From contig JAYUGC010000197.1 in NCBI GenBank assembly GCA_043767805.1, forward strand, positions 1 through 45,242: a stretch of 45,242 bases of DNA, in the 5' to 3' direction. Under the pieces are notes generated by a model, which saw only the letters and a program-made list of their open reading frames with translations, was not told the origin of the DNA and did no database searches. Within the stretch, counting starts at the first letter, position 1. Each line of letters starts with the position of its first letter. Positions 8,837 to 18,266 of the stretch are shown here, one piece after another. Source of the stretch: Pseudomonadota bacterium. GTDB taxonomy: Bacteria; Bdellovibrionota; FAC87; UBA2466. A program made the position numbers and the translations under genes.

Positions 8837-9549
8837 TTGGAGTTGATTCCAATCCCGAAGAGCCCCTGCTCCATGCTGATCCGAATGGGCTCGGCGTAGT
8901 AACAAAAAGCGAGGGAGAGCAAAAGAAGGCCGATTCCAACCGCTATCCAGACTTTCGCGCCTCGAGACAGAGCTTTTCTGTACCCGACGGAAAACGTGCA
9001 CGCGACGAGCGCATTAATGACGGCGAGGACGCCCGCGATTTGAAAGAGGCTCAAACGGGGCACGAGCACGAGCGGAAATACCATGCCGCCCAGGAAACCC
9101 CCGAGATAATCGAAAAAGAGAAGCCGCGGCAGGCGATCGACCGAGGCGGGAATGCGGTTCAGCAGAGGTATCTCCATGCCGATGGCCCCGCCCATCAGCA
9201 CCACGAAGCCGCTGAGTAAGAAGGCGGGAAACCACCCCTTCGCGTAAGAGAAATAGAGAATGGGAAGCGCGACGACCGCGACGATCGAGATGACCGCTTC
9301 GGTTCCCAGGAAAGCCGCCACGGGATCTTTGCCGACTTTATCGGCGAGCAGAGAGCCAATTCCCATGCTGGCCATCATCAGGGAGAGCACGAGCGAGTAC
9401 TGGAAGATCGTGGCCCCCATCAGAAAGGTCGCATAGGTCGCGAGCAAGAGCTCGTAAGCGATGCCCGAAAAAGCGGAGATGCCGGCCGCGAGGTAAAGAG
9501 GCCCGACGCGCAACGCCGGCTCGGGATGATATTTTAGGGTGGCCGACAT
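8833..9549 (-). CDS. standalone membrane module homologous to the N-terminal TM domain of membrane-bound spermidine synthases
   Basis: YELLLATYATFLMG..QYSLVL..MGIGS, GMEIPLL, DYLGGFLGG..FPLVLVP; no catalytic domain. Confidence 0.8.
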   Translation of the reverse strand: MSATLKYHPEPALRVGPLYLAAGISAFSGIAYELLLATYATFLMGATIFQYSLVLSLMMASMGIGSLLADKVGKDPVAAFLGTEAVISIVAVVALPILYFSYAKGWFPAFLLSGFVVLMGGAIGMEIPLLNRIPASVDRLPRLLFFDYLGGFLGGMVFPLVLVPRLSLFQIAGVLAVINALVACTFSVGYRKALSRGAKVWIAVGIGLLLLSLAFCYYAEPIRISMEQGLFGIGINSK

Positions 9550-9573
9550 GATGAGAGGTGAAGCCCCATTTTA

Positions 9574-10536
9574 TCAGGGCCGCGGGATAACCTCCATTCC
9601 CGGCTCGACTTTCCCCGTGCGGCCCGTCAGACGTACGAACGCGCCTTCGGCGGTGCTGCGCACAATCATGCCGCAGGCCGTCTCACGGCTCATTCCGTCC
9701 ACGACGCAGACCCTCTCGCGCTCCTTCCACACCCGAAGCTCGGCGTGAGTGAGCCGCAATGACTTTCCTTTATCGACGATGGCGAGCACCACCGAGGGAC
9801 GCCGCTTATAAACCGATTCTTGCGGTGAGTCGCCGGAGCGTCCCCGCCCCGACGTTGGGCTGTCCAAAGCGGAAGAAGGCGCGTTTCCGACGAAGAAGGC
9901 GCCTCCAAATTGAATGCCATGAAAAGTCGAGCCACCTTGTTTGACGTAGGTAGCTTCCGCGAGCAATCCCACTCGGTCGCCGAGACGAATGCCGCCGCCC
10001 GCGGAATAGAAAGGCGTAGTGGTCGGATTGGAGCCGAGCTGAACCCGGCTTAAATACCGGGCCGAGGCGTACACGCCAAACCAGTAATTGAAGTCCCACG
10101 ACACGAAAACGGGAAGCACCAGATCGACGAATTTCGCGATCGTTCCGTTGACGCTGAGAGGCATGTAGGCGGCTTGAAAACCGACGGCACCCGCGAAATT
10201 CGATCCATCGACGAGCTGCCATTTCACTTCGCCGGAAAACGATCCAGGGAAAGTGTATTTCGCTCCCCCGTCGAGGTGTTTCACGAGTCCGATGCGGCCC
10301 CCGACCTCGGCATAGGGAAAGACGAAAGTTTGCGTCGTCGACGTGCTCGAGGTAGCGAGACTACTCAGCTGATTGCTCGCAAACGCTCCGCCGCCGAGAT
10401 GAATGCGGTAGTCGCCCGGCGGCAAAGTCCGCGCCGTTTGGTACGTCGAGAAATTTGAGCACCCGACGAAAACGGACAAGGCTAAGCCTCCCAAAAGCAC
10501 GCTAAGTACCCAAATGGTTCCGTGCCAGCTTCGCAT
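9574..10536 (-). CDS. putative outer-membrane beta-barrel (lipo)protein with extra C-terminal domain
   Basis: Lipobox-like VFVGC, STYQTARTLPPG, alternating amphipathic strands ending IQFGGAFF, then a Ser/Pro linker and a ~75-aa domain. Confidence 0.65.
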   Translation of the reverse strand: MRSWHGTIWVLSVLLGGLALSVFVGCSNFSTYQTARTLPPGDYRIHLGGGAFASNQLSSLATSSTSTTQTFVFPYAEVGGRIGLVKHLDGGAKYTFPGSFSGEVKWQLVDGSNFAGAVGFQAAYMPLSVNGTIAKFVDLVLPVFVSWDFNYWFGVYASARYLSRVQLGSNPTTTPFYSAGGGIRLGDRVGLLAEATYVKQGGSTFHGIQFGGAFFVGNAPSSALDSPTSGRGRSGDSPQESVYKRRPSVVLAIVDKGKSLRLTHAELRVWKERERVCVVDGMSRETACGMIVRSTAEGAFVRLTGRTGKVEPGMEVIPRP

Positions 10537-10658
10537 CCGCCCTTTTCGCTAGAGTTCCCGTCATCTTACCTCAGTGCGGAATATGAAAAACACTAAACAA
10601 TTGCCCGGACCGCTTAGCATCTAGTCCTTGGTATCCTTAAAGTATCTAGTTTTTTTAG

Positions 10659-13600
10659 GTGGTACGTTTGCGGATCTTAACTTTCACAATTTTATTATTG
10701 TGCCTTGCCCTGCATGGGCCTTTCTCGGTGCGCGCTCTCGGCGCGTGCACCGGCACCGCCATCACCTGGACCGCGGGCTCCAACAGCACCAGTTACAACA
10801 CGGCCGGCAACTGGAGCCCCGCCAACGTTCCCAACGTCGCCACCGAGGACGTGATCATCGCCTCCGCGGCCAAGAGCACGGTGCTGGACGTGTCGGCCAC
10901 GGTGGGTTGCGTGACGGTTCAATCCGGGGTGCTTCGATCGAGCGACTTGCTCACGCTCACCGTGACGGGAGAGTTGTTCGATAACGAAATCACGGGAGGC
11001 TTCAACGTACGAGCGGCCGACACGGCTTTCACGCTCGATCTCTTCGGCTCCGTCGCTCAGACATTCAAGAACATCGCCACCCAGAACAATCTCAAAATCT
11101 CGAATCTAACTACCGTGACGAGCACGGGTATTTTCGACATCCGGAACTCTCTCACTTTCGGAGCGGGCGCTACCGGAACTTTGGATATCCAAAACGACGT
11201 GGCCCTGCTCGCCGCATCCACCGTGCTGACCATTCCCGCGGGAAAAACACTCAAAGTCAGTAACGGCGCGATTCTCAGCCTGAACGAAGGCGTCGTCATT
11301 GCGGGTACTCTGGAAATCGCTGCGGGTAGCGCCGTAATCGTCGGCAACGGAAAGAGCGTGGTCGTGAACTCGGGAGGCGTGCTCAAACTGAACGGCGCGA
11401 GCGAAAACGTCGCCACCCTGACTTCCACCGGAACGGGCTCCACCTACACGCTTACCGTCAACGGCAACCTCAACGCCAACTATTTCCGCATTGAGCGCAT
11501 GGTGGCCGCCGGCATGAACGTCGGCGCCACGGGCACGATCCAGGCGATCAGTAACGGCGAGTTCCATTACCCGCCCGCTAGCGGCTACGCCGTCACCCTT
11601 GCCGCGGGCTCCACCATTCCGGCGACGATGACGAACCTCGGGTTCTATAACGACAATAGCGTGGCGTCCGCGCGCAACTTCAACGCCAACGCCTACACCG
11701 GCGTCGCCACCACCATCAGCAACTGGAACGGCGCCGTCGGTGGCGCGGCCAATGAAACGGATACCGGAAATAAAATCGGCTGGGGAGCTCAGGCGAGTAC
11801 CAAGATGAACCTCACCAACAATACGCCGGCAGGCAATCCGATAAACGTCACTCAGACTAGCGCCGCCGTCTTGTTCGGCACGTTCTCCTTTTCCCTGAAC
11901 CAGGCCGATACCGCGACTGACGTGACCTCCATCACGTTCACCATGAGCGATACGGGAGCGTCTTCCGACATCGCCTCGGGAAAAGTGTTTCGTGACGCGG
12001 GCACGGGCGTGAACTGCGTCTACGAGGCGGCCCAAGACACCCAAATCGGAACCGACATCATCTTTCATGGCAATCCGCCGACTGCCACCATCACTGTCCC
12101 AGCGGGCGTGCTCACCACTAGCAGCGACAGCGTCCAGAAATGCGTCCATCTTCTCATCGACCCCTCTTCCGTCGCCTACGCGACGAAAAAGCTTCGTTTC
12201 GGAATTGCCTCAAGCTCGCACGTCTCGAATTCGACCGGATACTCCTTTAATGGTCTCGCGGGGCCGCCGGTCACCGCGCGCTCTTCGACCATTTCAGGCG
12301 ACGCGCTTCGCAGCTGGCAGGGCGACTCTAGCCAGGTCTTTAATACCGGCGGGAACTGGACCGGTAATAGCGCTCCCACCTCGGGAACGGACTGCCGCTT
12401 GGGTACCGGCACGCGCATTCCGCAGATGAACGCAAATGGCGTCTGCCAAAACGCCGAGCTCCTCGGAGGCGGTACTTTGGATTTCAACTCCCTTACGACC
12501 GAGCTGGCCTTCTACGCGCTTCTCGACGTCGACTCCACTTACACCTTCACCAATGCGACGAGCGGCGTCCTCGCCGCTCGTGGCAGTACCATTCAAAGCG
12601 TCCGCCTTCGAACGGCCTTTCCCGGGAATTTCGTGGTCGCCAATACGGGTATCGCGACCGCCGAGTACGTTGACATCGACGCCAATTCCACCATCAACGG
12701 CAACGTCACCATCAGCGCCGGCACGCTGAGAATCAACCCCGGCTTCACGCTGACGGTTCTGGGCAACATAACTGTGCAAACCGGCGGCACGCTGGAAATC
12801 GCCCCGGGCGGAACCTTGAAGCTCACTACGGGCTCCACGGTGACCGTCAATACGGGCGGCACCCTCAGCATGGTGGGGACTTCGACCTCGACTGCTTCGA
12901 TGACCTCGACTTTGAGCACTACCGCTTACAACGTCATCGTGAACGGCACCATAAAGGCGCAGTACTACAGTTTCGATCACTTGGCCGCCGCCGGGGTTAG
13001 CATCGAAACCGGCGCCACCATCGACGCGACCTACCACTTGCAAAACGGTTCATTCGCCTATCCGGTCAGCAATTCGACCACGATGCTACGGCTGAAACGC
13101 CAAGTCCCCACGAATACCATGAACAATATGCAGTTCGCGATGAGCGGATCGACCGCCACGGGCACCGTCAACGTCAACACCACGACGGCGGCGGCCGGAA
13201 CGCTGACCATCACGACGTACTCGGGCGACATTTCCGGCCCGACTTTCCACGTGCAAGGGACCTATCTTCTGTCTTGGGCGGGCGCCACCAATACCATCAA
13301 CATAACGAGAAGCGCGGCCGGCCCCGCGTCGATAAATGCGGGGCAAACCTACAACATGGGGCGTTTTTCGTTTACCCAGGCTCAGGCCGGCGCCTCCTTC
13401 GTCGACGCCAACCTCACTTCGCTGACGTTGAACTTGACCGGGACGGCGGGTGTGGCGGCGGTCACCTCAGCGCGCCTCTTTTATGACGCCCTTTGCAATA
13501 GTACAGCTGGCACCCAGATCGCCTCAGGCACTTTCACCGGCTCTCCCGGAACCCGCACTTTTACCATCGCGTCGGGCAGTGCCGTGGTTCAGGCTCATAC

Positions 13601-16600
13601 GACGACCCCTCCCACTCGCTGCCTTTACGTCGAGTTCGACGTGGCGAGCTCGGCGACCGACGCCGCTACCTTGGGCGTGCAAATCACCTCGGGCTCGGAC
13701 GTGGTCAACGACCAAAGCTACGGCGCGGCCGGCTCCATCACGTTTCCGCTCACCTCGGGCACGCCGGCTACCATCGTCGGCGCGGCGAGCACCGACTGGG
13801 TCGGCACCACGAGTACCAACTGGTTCGTCGCCACCAACTGGACGGCGGGAGTACCGTCGGCCACGGTGGACTGCAACATCGCGACGTCGTCGAACCCGCC
13901 CAACATCAACGGCGGTACGGGGACGGCCCGGTGCAAGACACTGACGAACTCGAATGGCACCATTACTCTGCAGAACGCCACCTCCGCCGCGCTCGAGATT
14001 TACGGTAACTACGTCAACACGGGCACCTTGATCCAAAACGACGGAAGTCTTGTGCTTCGAGACGGCGGCGTGACGGCCACGACTCAAACCGTCAGTTCCA
14101 CTACCGCCATTACCAATCTGACCTTCAATAAGACCGTCGCGGGAGGTAGTGTGTCCGTAGCGGGCACCACGCTTACCTTGAACGGGATCACCTTCCCCGT
14201 CGCCGGCTCGAATTTCACCTTCATCGTGCCTAGTAGCCGCGTTTTGATTTTGCCCAATGGGCTCAGCTTGCCTTACGGAACTTTCGAAATTCAAGGTGGC
14301 GGCGAAGTGCGCACCGCGAACACGAAGACTATCACCGTGAACGGCGGAACCTTCAAGACTACCGGTGTGAACGATGCGGCTCCGCAGAGTACGTCCAACA
14401 AGGGTACTCTAACCATCAGCGGCGCAGGCACCTGGGCGTTCTTGCAGACTAGCGGTACCTCGAACTTCACCGGCTTTATCGTCGACAGCATCAATACGGA
14501 AGGCTTGAAGTTCACGGGCGGCACCCTACAGGCCTTAGACGGCGGCAAGTTCAACAATCTTTCGACGACCTATGCCTCGGTTAAAGCCATTCAGCTCGAT
14601 CTGACGGCGATACCCGCGACCGCGACCAACATCGGCTGGAACTGGGGGCCGACCAACACCGTTCCCTTCCCCACGGATGCCTTCAATCTCGTGACCTCGA
14701 CGGGCTGCGGTAGCAACACCATTACTTTCAATCAGTGGTTCGGCGATTTCTACGACTACGCTCTAAACACGCCGAACGCGCAGACGAAGACCTCGGCGGT
14801 GACGTGCACGATCACCATCGGCACCGCCTCATCGCCCGTGTCGCTCACCTCCCTTTCCGCGGTGGGATATGACTCCAGCGTGGCGCTCACCTGGGAAACG
14901 GGAAGTGAAACGAATCATCAGGGCTTCAACGTCTACCGCAGCGTGAATCCGCTCTACGGCTACATTCAAGTGAACTCCGAGCTGATTCGAAACGATCTTT
15001 CCAGCACTTCGTTTCACGGAAAGTATCGTTATCTCGACGAAGATGTCGTGAACGACGTGCCTTATTACTATTTGATCGAAGACGTGGCCTTTAACGGCGC
15101 AAAGCAAACCCACGGACCGGTGACCGCATTCCCGTCCGCGTCCCAAGGGACTCCCCCCGCCGATGACCCTTCAGTCAATCAAGGCGTGTCGGTCCCGGGC
15201 GCTGGTACAGGCAATGCTCATAGCTCGAGCGTCGCCAACTCCGGCGTTCTCGATCTCGGCAACGGCGCTCACGTCGTCGCTCAAACGTCGGGCGCTTTCC
15301 GCATCGAGATCGTTCCGCCTACTTTTGCGTGGGGCCCATCGGCCTGGAACGGAACCTATGACCAAGTTCATTTGCCGGGTTATTCGACTACCCTCGACCC
15401 TGGAAAGCCGGAGCTGCTGGAAAGAACCCTGCTCGTTCAAGTCAAAGGTAACTATGCGACGGCAGCGGTCACGAACGCTCAAGTCATCGAAGCCACACCG
15501 AGCAGCCATCTCGTTCAGCCCGCGCCGTCTTGGGCTGCGAATGGCTCGGGTATCTTGGTGGCGTCTTATAACCCGAGCGCCCCGGCCTACGCTTTGAATG
15601 CCGACGTGCCTTCCGCCTTCTACGAGGTTTCGCCGGGCGTGGTGACCATCGGCACGAAGAAATTCGTGAAGATTCACGTGCAACCGCTCCTCTATAACGC
15701 CAGCACCCACGTCGTGAGAGAAATGGCCAAGGTCATTCTCGACGTCAAATTAGACGGCGCCACGTGGACGCCGTCCGCGCCCTCTGCAGCCCTCGCGGTT
15801 TCTCCCTCGGCGGTGGAAGGCTCGCTCCGCATCCGCTATAGCCGCATGGGCATGTACGAGCTCACTTACGATCAGATGGAAGATGCCGGCGTGGAAGGCC
15901 CCTTCGCGGGGCAAGCGACGAGCGGTTTCAGGCTGTACCGGCGAGGCCGGGAAATCCCGATGGACGTCCGCACCAACACGGGAACGTTCAGCTCGGGCGA
16001 TTCGATTCGTTTCTGGGCCGAGTATTACCGCGAAGTCGAGGACGATCTGAACGAGGTCGTGCTCTCTCGTTTTTCGCTCGGCAATAGCTCGGGCGCGGCG
16101 CTACGCGCGCCCTCTTTTAGCGCAAATCCGGCAAGTGCTCCCGCGAGCCCGCAGACGTTCACTTTTGCAAAAGCCAAGGCCGAGCAAGATCACACCGCCT
16201 TGCTGGACTTGCCGCTCGCTTCGCTCGTGGATCGCTTCTTTTGGAAGCGCATCAGCACCGCCGCCGGCGCGCCCTCCGATTCGGACTCCTTCTTAGATTT
16301 CGATCTAGATCTGCCCGGCGCCAACGAAGTCGCGGCCACCAACGCCCGCGTCAAGGTCTACTTGCGAGCCCGTACGATTCGGTCGGAAGGCGCCCTTCAT
16401 CATGTGGGGCTATGGGTAAACTCCCTGGGCTCGCGCGCGGGGGAGGCGAGCTTTACGACGAGCGGGCCGACCTCGCAAACGTTCACGGTACCCATGGGCT
16501 ACCTCGTCGATGGCACCAATCACTTTCGCATCGAAGCCATCGGCGACACGGTTCCCTCGGCCGAGACGGAGCTCATCGACGTGGATCGGATCGAAGTCGA

Positions 16601-18266
16601 GTACGCCGCGCGCCTGGAAGCTCGGGAGGGCGTCGCCTCGATGGAAGGACCGCTCATGGGCTCCACGTTCACCCTATCCGGTTTCGACGGTTCCTTGGGC
16701 GTCGCGCTTTACGACGTGAGCTCCTCCGAAACTCTGACTCGCCTTACGGACGCGACCACGAGCTCCAGCGATGGCGGGGTCACTCAGGACCTGACGCTCC
16801 TCGGAACCGAAGGCTCGACGGGCGAGCTTGGGTACCGCATCGTTGGCGTGCAAGACGGCGCCTTCCTCGCCCCGGCGGAGCTCGCCCTGGTCAGCGGATT
16901 CGACACGGCTTTAAAGAGCACGAGCCGCCGCGCGGATCTCATCGTCATTGGCGACGAGCTTTTACTCGATGAAGCGCGCACCCTCATTCAGTACCGGGAA
17001 AGCCAAGGCATCCGGGTGATCACCGCGACCCCCGAGCAGATTTACGCGGAGTTCTCTCACGGACAGCATTCCAGCCGCGCGATCAAAGATTTCCTCCTTT
17101 ACGCGAAAACCAGCTGGACCGCGCCCGCCCCCGAGTACCTCTTGTTCCTCGGGGATGCGAGCTACGATCCGCGAAACCGCTTTAATCAGGGCAATCTCGA
17201 CACCATGCCGATGCCCCTCGAAAAGGGTACTTTCGTCGATTTCGGATCCGATCACTGGTTTGCCGAAGACGAGACCACGCATCTCCCCTTATTCTCAGTG
17301 GGACGCGTTCCGACCCGCGATCCGGGCGCCTTGAAAGACTTCATCGCCAAAGTCATCGCTTATGAAGCTGGCACGGCGGCGCCGACCAACTCACAGGCGC
17401 TACGAGTCTCCTTCGTTTCCGACGAGGATTTCATCAACGAGAAGTTCCTCGAAAAAGCGCAGGCCTTGGGCACGGCCCTTCACGCGAATCGGCCCGATCT
17501 AACGCCTGTCTACCTGGATAGAGGCGTGGCTGTGAGCGATGCCGCCATGAAGGCTTCCATTGTCTCCGAGTTCGGCCGTTCTCCCTTGCTCATGGCGTAC
17601 GTCGGCCACGGAGCCGAGGATCTCTGGGGCACGGGCAATGCGTTTACCGCCGAGGACGCCCTCACGGTCACCAACCTTGGGCTTCCCATCGTGGTGGGAC
17701 TCGACTGTCTCAACGCCTACTTCTACGAGACCGACCCGAACAAGAAGAGCTTGGGCGAGAACTTGATCTTGAACCCGTCGGGTGGCGCGGCCGCGTTCCT
17801 GGGCTTTACGACCATGACCGTACCCACGGCGCAGCTCTCGTTACAAACGGCGTTCCAGAACGAGCTGACCACCGAAACGAACCTGCCCTATCACGAGGTG
17901 AGGCTCGGCGACTTGCAACGCCGGGCGAAACAAGCGACGCCCGTAACGGCGCATTCCCTCGATGCGGTGAAGAGCTTCTCGCTGCTGGGCGATCCCACCA
18001 TGCGGCTGCCGAGGAGCGCGTTCTTGGGAGCGGCCCAGGGCACCGCTATCGACGATACGCCAAGCGAAGCCGTGGCTCCCGCCGCCGACGCCGAAGGCGG
18101 AGGTTGCGGACGAGTCAGAGGCCCGATGGGCCCCGTCGCCCCCCAACTCTGGCAGACCTTTATCCTGCTGCTCGTGTTCGCGAGCCTGACCTTTACCGCT
18201 CGTAAGATGGCATACCGCGAACGGCTTACTGCAAAGGTACGACGATCCGCGAAAGCGGGCCCTTGA
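10659..18266 (+). CDS. giant surface protein: beta-helix/Ig repeats + FN3-like domain + peptidase C25 (gingipain/PorU-like) + C-terminal sorting signal
   Basis: 2535 aa; signal peptide; C25 motifs IYAEFS, YLLFLGDASYD, SDHWF, VGRVP, YVGHG (His), GLDCLNAYF (Cys), SLGENL, LLGDP; C-terminal GGGCG + TM + basic tail. Confidence 0.9.
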   Translation: MVRLRILTFTILLLCLALHGPFSVRALGACTGTAITWTAGSNSTSYNTAGNWSPANVPNVATEDVIIASAAKSTVLDVSATVGCVTVQSGVLRSSDLLTLTVTGELFDNEITGGFNVRAADTAFTLDLFGSVAQTFKNIATQNNLKISNLTTVTSTGIFDIRNSLTFGAGATGTLDIQNDVALLAASTVLTIPAGKTLKVSNGAILSLNEGVVIAGTLEIAAGSAVIVGNGKSVVVNSGGVLKLNGASENVATLTSTGTGSTYTLTVNGNLNANYFRIERMVAAGMNVGATGTIQAISNGEFHYPPASGYAVTLAAGSTIPATMTNLGFYNDNSVASARNFNANAYTGVATTISNWNGAVGGAANETDTGNKIGWGAQASTKMNLTNNTPAGNPINVTQTSAAVLFGTFSFSLNQADTATDVTSITFTMSDTGASSDIASGKVFRDAGTGVNCVYEAAQDTQIGTDIIFHGNPPTATITVPAGVLTTSSDSVQKCVHLLIDPSSVAYATKKLRFGIASSSHVSNSTGYSFNGLAGPPVTARSSTISGDALRSWQGDSSQVFNTGGNWTGNSAPTSGTDCRLGTGTRIPQMNANGVCQNAELLGGGTLDFNSLTTELAFYALLDVDSTYTFTNATSGVLAARGSTIQSVRLRTAFPGNFVVANTGIATAEYVDIDANSTINGNVTISAGTLRINPGFTLTVLGNITVQTGGTLEIAPGGTLKLTTGSTVTVNTGGTLSMVGTSTSTASMTSTLSTTAYNVIVNGTIKAQYYSFDHLAAAGVSIETGATIDATYHLQNGSFAYPVSNSTTMLRLKRQVPTNTMNNMQFAMSGSTATGTVNVNTTTAAAGTLTITTYSGDISGPTFHVQGTYLLSWAGATNTINITRSAAGPASINAGQTYNMGRFSFTQAQAGASFVDANLTSLTLNLTGTAGVAAVTSARLFYDALCNSTAGTQIASGTFTGSPGTRTFTIASGSAVVQAHTTTPPTRCLYVEFDVASSATDAATLGVQITSGSDVVNDQSYGAAGSITFPLTSGTPATIVGAASTDWVGTTSTNWFVATNWTAGVPSATVDCNIATSSNPPNINGGTGTARCKTLTNSNGTITLQNATSAALEIYGNYVNTGTLIQNDGSLVLRDGGVTATTQTVSSTTAITNLTFNKTVAGGSVSVAGTTLTLNGITFPVAGSNFTFIVPSSRVLILPNGLSLPYGTFEIQGGGEVRTANTKTITVNGGTFKTTGVNDAAPQSTSNKGTLTISGAGTWAFLQTSGTSNFTGFIVDSINTEGLKFTGGTLQALDGGKFNNLSTTYASVKAIQLDLTAIPATATNIGWNWGPTNTVPFPTDAFNLVTSTGCGSNTITFNQWFGDFYDYALNTPNAQTKTSAVTCTITIGTASSPVSLTSLSAVGYDSSVALTWETGSETNHQGFNVYRSVNPLYGYIQVNSELIRNDLSSTSFHGKYRYLDEDVVNDVPYYYLIEDVAFNGAKQTHGPVTAFPSASQGTPPADDPSVNQGVSVPGAGTGNAHSSSVANSGVLDLGNGAHVVAQTSGAFRIEIVPPTFAWGPSAWNGTYDQVHLPGYSTTLDPGKPELLERTLLVQVKGNYATAAVTNAQVIEATPSSHLVQPAPSWAANGSGILVASYNPSAPAYALNADVPSAFYEVSPGVVTIGTKKFVKIHVQPLLYNASTHVVREMAKVILDVKLDGATWTPSAPSAALAVSPSAVEGSLRIRYSRMGMYELTYDQMEDAGVEGPFAGQATSGFRLYRRGREIPMDVRTNTGTFSSGDSIRFWAEYYREVEDDLNEVVLSRFSLGNSSGAALRAPSFSANPASAPASPQTFTFAKAKAEQDHTALLDLPLASLVDRFFWKRISTAAGAPSDSDSFLDFDLDLPGANEVAATNARVKVYLRARTIRSEGALHHVGLWVNSLGSRAGEASFTTSGPTSQTFTVPMGYLVDGTNHFRIEAIGDTVPSAETELIDVDRIEVEYAARLEAREGVASMEGPLMGSTFTLSGFDGSLGVALYDVSSSETLTRLTDATTSSSDGGVTQDLTLLGTEGSTGELGYRIVGVQDGAFLAPAELALVSGFDTALKSTSRRADLIVIGDELLLDEARTLIQYRESQGIRVITATPEQIYAEFSHGQHSSRAIKDFLLYAKTSWTAPAPEYLLFLGDASYDPRNRFNQGNLDTMPMPLEKGTFVDFGSDHWFAEDETTHLPLFSVGRVPTRDPGALKDFIAKVIAYEAGTAAPTNSQALRVSFVSDEDFINEKFLEKAQALGTALHANRPDLTPVYLDRGVAVSDAAMKASIVSEFGRSPLLMAYVGHGAEDLWGTGNAFTAEDALTVTNLGLPIVVGLDCLNAYFYETDPNKKSLGENLILNPSGGAAAFLGFTTMTVPTAQLSLQTAFQNELTTETNLPYHEVRLGDLQRRAKQATPVTAHSLDAVKSFSLLGDPTMRLPRSAFLGAAQGTAIDDTPSEAVAPAADAEGGGCGRVRGPMGPVAPQLWQTFILLLVFASLTFTARKMAYRERLTAKVRRSAKAGP

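Noticed and set aside
8837..9001. N-terminal extension of the SpeE-like ORF suggesting a programmed frameshift fusion
   Set aside because: An ATGA-coupled start at 8836 explains the layout, the extension is not protein-like, and I saw no slippery site
11106..14294. Several 250-350-aa minus-strand ORFs
   Set aside because: Antisense shadows of the giant C25 gene
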